A stretch of DNA of 64,000 nt from Chrysomallon squamiferum (taxonomy: Eukaryota; Animalia; Mollusca). Position 1 is the first letter of the stretch. Each line of letters opens with the position of its first letter. The position numbers and the translations under genes were made by a program. The DNA is taken from the NCBI GenBank assembly GCA_012295275.1, contig CM022676.1, positions 5,890,001-5,954,000 of the forward strand, read 5' to 3'. A model generated the notes under the pieces. The model saw only the letters and a list, made by a program, of their open reading frames with translations. It was not told where the DNA came from and ran no database searches. This document shows, piece by piece, positions 56,574 to 64,000 of this stretch.

Positions 56574-57420
56574 AATTGTGGAATTTCTTTCTAGAATGTT
56601 TTATCTTCTGTGTGTTTTTTAAATGTTTTATAATGACAACTCTTCCAGTAATACGATCCATTAAAAACCAAGAGGCAGAAAGAAAGGAGTGCTGGGGGGA
56701 TTGCAGGGGGGAAAGGTTCCTTAATGACATTTAGGGGGGTGAAAGGAGGGGTGGGGTGTTGCATCAGCCATCAAACTCTAAAATAAACCTAGCCCCACAC
56801 GAATAATAAAATATTTTTTGTTAATTATTTATTTTTACATTTTAATTTTTACATTTCTTTTTTTTTTTTTAAATTTAAATTTTTTTATTTTATTTCCCTC
56901 TCCCCCTCAAACCAATGCCCTTTTTCACTACCCTAACTAACAATGCCCCAAGAAAAAAAAAAAAAAAAAAAAAATAAAATAGATGTTTAATTGGTCATAA
57001 AAATCAAAGAATAACCAGCAAGGTATTAAATTTAGCAGTAAAAACTTTATTAGTATTGTAATCTCACCGAAATAAAAAAAAACGTTGCAGACTTGAAATG
57101 GGGTTTTTTTTTTGCCGTGCGTTATTTTTCGTCACGTTTTTTTTTTGAAAATAAATATTTTAAATGCAGGTAAGTTAAGCTGAAGATAAAAAGGTATTAA
57201 GAGAGTGCTGGATTACAGAGGATTAAGAAAACATATGTATGCAAAGAAAGGTACGTCTGCAGAAGGTTTAAATAACAAAGTATTGAAGATGTATAGAAAT
57301 TGTTTTTTTTTTATTTGACAACATATTTTTAATCTATGGTCATGCTTGAACTTAGGAACTTTCCATGTAAAGGGAAAGGAAATGGGATATCTATAGTCAG
57401 TAGGTTCCTTTTTTGTCTGT

Positions 57421-57470
57421 ATTAGCAGCAAGGAATCTTTTTTTATGTGCCGTCCCATAGGCAGGAAAAT
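57421..57470 (+). mobile_element. Fragment of a dispersed repeat (probably SINE-like)
   Basis: ttagcagcaaggaatcttttt...tcccataggcagga; related words at ~25394 and 25476; resembles a gastropod repeat from memory only. Confidence 0.35.
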
Positions 57471-57604
57471 ATACTCTGAGTGTTTGTGTGTTTGTGTGAG
57501 TTTTCTGTGTTAATATCTATTTTATACACTGTGTGAGTGTGTGTGTGTGTGTGTTAAACATTTTTATACACACACATTTATCTCTTTCATTCTCCATTGC
57601 TTAC

Positions 57605-57672
<68 letters not shown>

Positions 57673-58142
57673 CCTCTCCTTCTCTACCAAACCATCTCAC
57701 ACTCATTTTTTTTGCACATCGCTTCAAAAACAAGGAGACTCAGTATGTGTAGACGCTGTTTCTAACAGTGGACTGTGTAAAAATGTCTGACTGTGGATAA
57801 AGAAAGCTGGAGTGAAATTTTTTTTTTTTTTTTTTTTTTTCTTTCTGTCTCTTTTACTCCCCCTCAGCTTGTTTCAAACCAATCTCTCGATTTAGCCATG
57901 TAGGTGTTAAACTGATTTATCTTCCCTTAGTCTCTTTTCTCTTTGTCCTTCGCACAATAAGTGATTTGCTTTTTGTACACTTAGTGATTTTTCCATTTGA
58001 CACAATTTGTCTGCTGTACATTTTTTTTTTTTTTTTTTTTTTTTTTTTCTTCGCTTTCTCTTAGTGATTAACTTGTATGGTTAGGGATTCTGTATTTAAA
58101 AAAAATATAAAAAAATGTTATTAGTATATTTTTGGTTTGTTC

Positions 58143-58258
58143 TGTAAGAAATAGTGATTGCCAATGATTTTTCACTTAACGGAAAATTGTCATTAGTAAA
58201 TATGGTAAATATTTTTCCTATAAGAAATAGTGATTGTCAATGATTTTTCAGTTAACAA
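58143..58258 (+). repeat. Short direct duplication
   Basis: taagaaatagtgattg(c/t)caatgatttttca(c/g)ttaac twice, 76 bp apart. Confidence 0.85.
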
Positions 58259-59185
58259 AAAAACTGCCACTAATAACTGTGGAAGAAGATAATGAATTAT
58301 CATCTGTGATGATGATGATGATGATAAAAGATCATTTATTGATCATTATATGAAGGCACTTATGATGATAATTATTTGAAGATGATAATGGTGATGATTA
58401 TTATTATTTGTGATGAGAACGATAATATTAATTGGTAAAAATAACTTTCATGATGATGATGAAACAAAGACAACAATGATAATAATAATAATGATGATCC
58501 AGGATTGATTATGATGATGATGATGAACTCAAATTATAATACTAACACCACACATTGATACAGTCAACCTATAATTAAAGCCATCTTTGACAAATGGACA
58601 AAGCACTCCATTTTTGCACAATTAGAATTCCTGCAGTGAACAATTGTTCCAAAAAAAAAATTAAAAAAAAAAATTCCAAATTCCAAAATCAAACTTGATG
58701 ATTCGAAAATTAAAAAAAAAAAAGAAGAAGAAATTAAAATTGCCATGCATATTTGAACTGCCGGCTGGCTAATCCCACAATCCTCACAGCTGATCCCATT
58801 TAGCCTAATTAACATAATGTTTTCTCGTGAAATTATTTCCAAGACCCCTTTATTTTTATTTTTTTTACCAGTTCTGCTTTGTACAACGAATTCCTAATCC
58901 CGTTTTTTTTCAATAAGACCCCTATTTTCTGTAATATTGTTATCATTGAAACCACTCAGCTGTCCGTCGCAGCTTGTATGAAGAGAAACTTGCGCTGCTG
59001 TTGCTGCTGCTGCTGCCATCGTGGCCGATGATGACGATGATGTATTGATTAGGGAAGGTTAATTTGCATCGTCAGCCCTGATGATTTGCGTAACGGAAAA
59101 ATTAATAATTGCCATACTGATGAGTAATTGGGTTTTTCTGTGTGTGTGTGGACATGTGTTAACTGGGGTTTTGTCTCTTCTGCAG

Positions 59186-59216
59186 TTCTAGAAATTTTTG
59201 TGTTTTTAAAAGATAG
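59186..59216 (+). other. Candidate 31-nt exon
   Basis: Acceptor ttttgtctcttctgcag| and donor TAG|GTGAGT; open only after a phase-1 intron (xLEIFVFLKD). Confidence 0.3.
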
Positions 59217-59795
59217 GTGAGTTCGTCCAAGGGAGGGAATTAGGAACTGACAAAATTTGGCTTAGGATTGGCAAGTTCTTTTAAGTGTTGAAATTACGTT
59301 TGAGAAGAGATTCGTTTTAATGTGTAATAGATTTTTTTTTTTGTGTTTTTAAAAGGTAAGGGGAGTTCTTCAAAGGGAGGGAACTGGGCAGCTGAATTTT
59401 TTTGCTTAGATGTTGAGTATAGGATTGGCAGTTTCTTTTAAATTTTGAAATTACATTTGAGAAGAGATGAATTTTAATGTAATAGTGTTTTTAAAAAAAT
59501 AGGTGAGCTCTTCTCTTAGGAAGGGAATTAAGATTTGTAATTAGTCTTGTATGTGGAGTGCTAGGACTGATGCTATGGGGAAATTCTTACAAGATTTAAA
59601 ATTACACTTAAGTGGAGGGAGATACATTTTGCAAAATTACAGTCGCAGATTTTTATGTTTCAGAAAGTTAGCCAACTGTTTCTAATGCACAGAACTGGGA
59701 TTTGAAATTAGGCTTCAGTTGTGGATACATTTCACTATCATGAATTTTTTTAACTGAAAAATGATAGGTGAGTTCTCTCCCAAGGGTGGAAATCA
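59195..59795 (+). repeat. Degenerate ~140-150-bp array carrying 5' splice-site motifs
   Basis: ttttaaaa...ag(gtgagt/gtaagg/gtgagc)...agggaa and taggattggca, gaaattac(g/a)tttgagaagagat recur. Confidence 0.85.
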
Positions 59796-60619
59796 TTTAA
59801 AGAAAACAAATTATGGCTGACTGGTATTTGAAACATTGCTTGTTTGTGTCACGTTATGTTTTGTGGTCGTAACTTTTTTTTTGTATTAAAAAGACAGTTC
59901 GAGTTTTACTAAGGGAATTTTTTTTTATTAAAAACAACTACAACAACAACAACAACAGCAGCGCAATGATTTAGAACTTTATCACATATTTATTTAATTA
60001 TTTTTTTAATTTTTTTTAATTTTTTACTCTTTTTTTTTTTTTTCTCTTTTACAAAATTTATTTTCAACAAAGACACTTTAATGTCTTTAATCCAAAACAT
60101 TAAAAAGAATCCTTAACCCATTTAAGCTTTGAAGAAGACACAAAAAAAAGAGAAAAAAAAAGAAAGGAATCTAGATAAAGAAAAAAAAACAAAAATGAAC
60201 CCAGAAACCTAATTACTACAACACGAATCTGTGTAATTATCTTCATCGTGAATCTCTAACCTCCATTTTCATGTCCACTGTAACAAGTAGGACAGCAAAT
60301 TATGGAGAATTCATTGAAGACATTTTTATTAAAAAAAAAAAAAATAAAAAAAATAAAAAAAAAATAATAATAATCATAATAATAATAACAAGAACAAGAA
60401 CACCAGCAGAAGATGAACAGGTTCACAGACTTCTCCCTGGAGGCTGGTTGCCGTGGTTGCGGAGGCGAGAGATGAGGGTCTGGACTTTAATGATGCTGTG
60501 TAGGGGTCCGTGTTGTTCTTGCTTTAGCCAGGAGAATGTTAATTACAGCCAATTATAGCAGTAATTGTGGTCTGACAAGATAATTGATGTTTCGCGAACT
60601 ATCTCTTGTTTCCAGTCTT

Positions 60620-61350
60620 TGTTTCTTAAGAATTTGAGCGAAAAATGATTTGCTAGGGTATCACTCGAGTTACATCTGTGGTTTGGCCACGTTAAGCATG
60701 CATGAACATTTTTCTTGATTTCAGTGACTCTCAAATGAATGTTTGTTAAGAATTTGAATACAAAATGATTTATGGATAATAATTAGTGTTTATGGAGATC
60801 ACTGTAGTTTGTCCATGTTAGGCATGCATGAGCTATTTTTTTCTTGATATCAAAAACAGCGACACTCAAAACGTATTCGTTCGTTGTAGAATTTGAATGA
60901 AAATGATTTACAGGTAATAACTAAAATATGTTTTATGGAAATAACTGTGGTTTGCCAATGCCAATAATTTCTTAATGTTGAAAACAGGAGCAGTCAAAAT
61001 TTTTAATCATCATGAAGAAGAGTCTTCTAAATGATTCTAAATGATTATCTGGTAATAATCATAAAACATGTGTGACGAAATTTGTGGTTTTGTGCATGAT
61101 GGTATGCGAGAACATATTTTGTGATGTCAGTTATGAGAAATCAAAAAAAAAAAAAAAATATATATATATATTTTTGTGGTGAAATATGTGCTTTGAGCAA
61201 GAGAGACATATATGAGCATTTTTCTGATGCCAGTGAGCAATATTACTGTCATAATGATTTGAAGGTAACACATGTATTGCATTTATGGTGAAATTTCAAG
61301 ACGTCAGAAAGTTCCATATGTTGGCAATACATGACAGAGATTTAAGATTT
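60620..61350 (+). repeat. Degenerate ~120-140-bp array
   Basis: agaatttga...aaaatgattt...ctgt(g/a)gttt...gcatgcatga...ttcttgat at ~60629, 60749, 60888 and weaker copies. Confidence 0.8.
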
Positions 61351-61542
61351 TGGGGACGTCTGTTTTTGAAATCGACTGGTAGTAGGTCATTGTTGGTGTA
61401 ACATTTTTGGATGCCAGTCATTGCATCAACTGGTATTACTTCATGTTGGTGTAATACTTTACGGGTACCAGTGTACAAAAAATGAATAAGAGTTAATGTA
61501 ACATTAATCTGTCTACATTTCATCAGAATTCAAATCAGAAAT

Positions 61543-61760
61543 CTATAGTTTATGGTTAAACTATAAGTATTGTGATGTGTAGGTCTCTGGTTCAGTTCCC
61601 ATTACAAGCTGATATTAAGATTTTTACAAAGGAGATATATTAATTCTCTTTTTTTTCATTGAACTAATCTTCTAACATACTAACATACTAACACTGGCAT
61701 GGACACAGACAAGAAAGGATTGACTATATAGTGCCATGATTTATATGCTTAAACCCTCGC
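61543..61760 (+). mobile_element. Possible degenerate tRNA-derived SINE
   Basis: A-box-like tagtttatggttaaa; B-box-like ggttcagttccc; ctaacata tandem in body. Confidence 0.2.
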
Positions 61761-62167
61761 TGTATAAAAATAAAACACAGTGTGAAATTTTATTTTTCAT
61801 TATCTAGACAACATTAGCTTTTTTAAAAAAAAAAAACATAAAAAAAAATAAAAAAATTTTTTAAGACATCAACCAAAATTATCATTACAATAAGAAAACG
61901 CAAACAGAGAGACAGAAAAAAAAAAGAAGGAAATATTGAGAAGAAGAAGAAGAAGAAGAAGAGAAAAGCATTCCTTGCATTTTTGTTTTTTATTACATTC
62001 ATCCATTATGTAATGATGCTATCAATCATTTTAGCATGCCTCTCGGTGACAGCATCTCCAAACATACTGTCATTTCTTTCTTTTTGTTCTTCTTGTTTTG
62101 ATCTTTTTGTTCTTTCTTCTTGTCTTATCTTCTTCATTTTCTCCACCTCCTTTCTTCTTCTCGTTGT

Positions 62168-62222
<55 letters not shown>

Positions 62223-62513
62223 ATTATTATTATTATAGTTATTATTATTATTATTATTATTGTTATTATTATTATTAATTTTTTTTATTATTATTACCAT
62301 CATCATCATCATTATCATCTTCTTCTTCTTTATTATTATTATTATTTGTTTTTGTATTTTAAAAAAAAAAAAAAAAAAAGTTTTTTAATTTTCATTCCAT
62401 GTTATGATTCTTTTTTCTTTCATTTGCATTTCTTTTCAATTCACACATTAATAACTAAATAATAACAGTAATAATAATAATAATAATAATAGTAGTAGTA
62501 GTAGTAGTAATAA

Positions 62514-62545
<32 letters not shown>

Positions 62546-62836
62546 TTAGTAGTAGTAGTAGTAATAATAATAATAAGGACTTAGATACTAGAGGTTGTAC
62601 ATCCAGAAAAAAAACTTTGGACCAGAGACAACTGGAATTTCTTGATTTTCATGTTTTCTTAACATTAAACGCAACAAAGCTCTAGTGAATAATGAAAAAT
62701 ACAGCACGAAATTGTTTTTAACATTCACAGATTTCACACACAGTTCTGACCCCAGTTTTCTGGTAATTCCAGTTTTCTTGAAACTTGGATAAACTGTCTG
62801 ATGCCTTCAGTATTAACAGAAAGAAAAACAGTAACC

Positions 62837-62867
<31 letters not shown>

Positions 62868-63504
62868 GAAGAATAAAAATTGAAGAAAAAAAAAATCTAA
62901 AGAAAAAAAAAAAAAAATATAAAGTCAAAAAACAGAAAAGAAAGTAATTTAGATTTAAAAAAAAAAAAAAAAAAAAAAACTCACGATGAAAGAATTGAAA
63001 AAAAAAAAAAAAAAAACAATATAAAAAGTAAATACTATTTTCCACACCTCACTAATTATTATCAATATTCACAAACACCTCATTCAAAACTCATTAAATC
63101 CATTTTTTAATTTTTTTTTCCTTTCTTTCTTTCATTTTTTTTTTTTTTTATTTTCTTATTTGTTATTGTTTTATTTCTTCAAAAAAGAGAGAGAGAAAAA
63201 AAAATAAAATAAAGGCAAAACGATTTATCTTAAAACGGTTTGTTTTATGTCTGCAGTGTTTTCACTTTATGGTTTGTTGTAAAGTATTCAGATAACATTT
63301 TTACGATGCTATTGTCCACATGACAAAGACCGATAGCTGCAGCATCATCGTCGACCGACTGCAGTTGGGCAATGCATTATTTAGCAGACTGGGATTATGT
63401 ACAATGGTGTGCTCCTAGTCGAACAAGATTTCCCATGATAACTTGCACTCTTTATTATTTAACATGCCAACAGGGCAGGGCAGAAAGTGCTAGAGTCAGT
63501 TTAC

Positions 63505-64000
63505 TCAACTCAATTTAATTTATAGTTGTTGTTGGGGTTGGGTTTTTTTTTTCCTCTTGGTCGGAACGGGAAATTAATTTTCTTAATTTAGGGAGTTGTT
63601 AATTTTTTTTTTATATCATTGTTTAGTTATGAGTTAGTGAACTCAATTTAATTTATTTTTGTTTCTTGTTTTTGTTTTTTTTTTTTTTTTTTTTTGGCTC
63701 CTATTTGAGGTTGGATCGGGAAATTAATTTTCTTAATTTAGGGAGTTTGTTTTTTTTTTTTTTTTTTTTTTTTTTATATCATTGTTTAGTTATGAGTTAG
63801 TGAACTCAATTTAATTTATTTTTGTTTCTTGGTGGTTTTTTTGACTCTTATCTAAAGTTGGATTGGGAAATTAATGTTCTTAATTTAGACTGTATTAATT
63901 TGTTATAACAGTTATATAGTTATCAATTACTATACTTGATTTAATTTATTCTTGTTTCTTCTCTTCTTTTTTTTTTTTTCCTCCTCCTATCTGTGGTTGG
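63505..64000 (+). repeat. ~150-bp tandem array (3+ copies, runs off the window)
   Basis: gggaaattaat at 63568, 63718, 63865; tatatcattgtttagttatgagttagtgaactcaatttaatt twice. Confidence 0.92.

Overview
This is very AT-rich, microsatellite-dense eukaryotic (animal) DNA with no recognisable protein-coding gene, RNA gene, autonomous transposon or CRISPR array. Nearly all ORF-track entries are translations of simple repeats or low-complexity sequence, and the rest match no family I recognise. The window looks like the 5' region or giant introns of one large, probably + strand gene. Short unique GC/CpG-richer islands (promoter-, enhancer- or small-exon-like) are separated by microsatellites and local degenerate tandem arrays. 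Degenerate SINE-like fragments recall gastropod repeats (from memory, unverified). Two structures stand out. (1) Two long-range inverted repeats cross each other: A pairs 20070-20658 with 25478-26351, and B pairs 21715-22235 with 52780-53578, about 31 kb away. Their left arms bracket an exon/enhancer-like island at 21160-21600, and B's substitutions look biased to G-U wobble on the + strand. (2) Tandem arrays whose unit carries a functional-looking signal: a 3' splice site (16.5-17.3 kb), AG|GT recursive-splice-like sites (44.4-45.1 kb), 5' splice sites (59.2-59.8 kb) and TATA boxes (7.0-7.75 kb). All alignments and counts were made by eye, and all exon and promoter calls are predictions.
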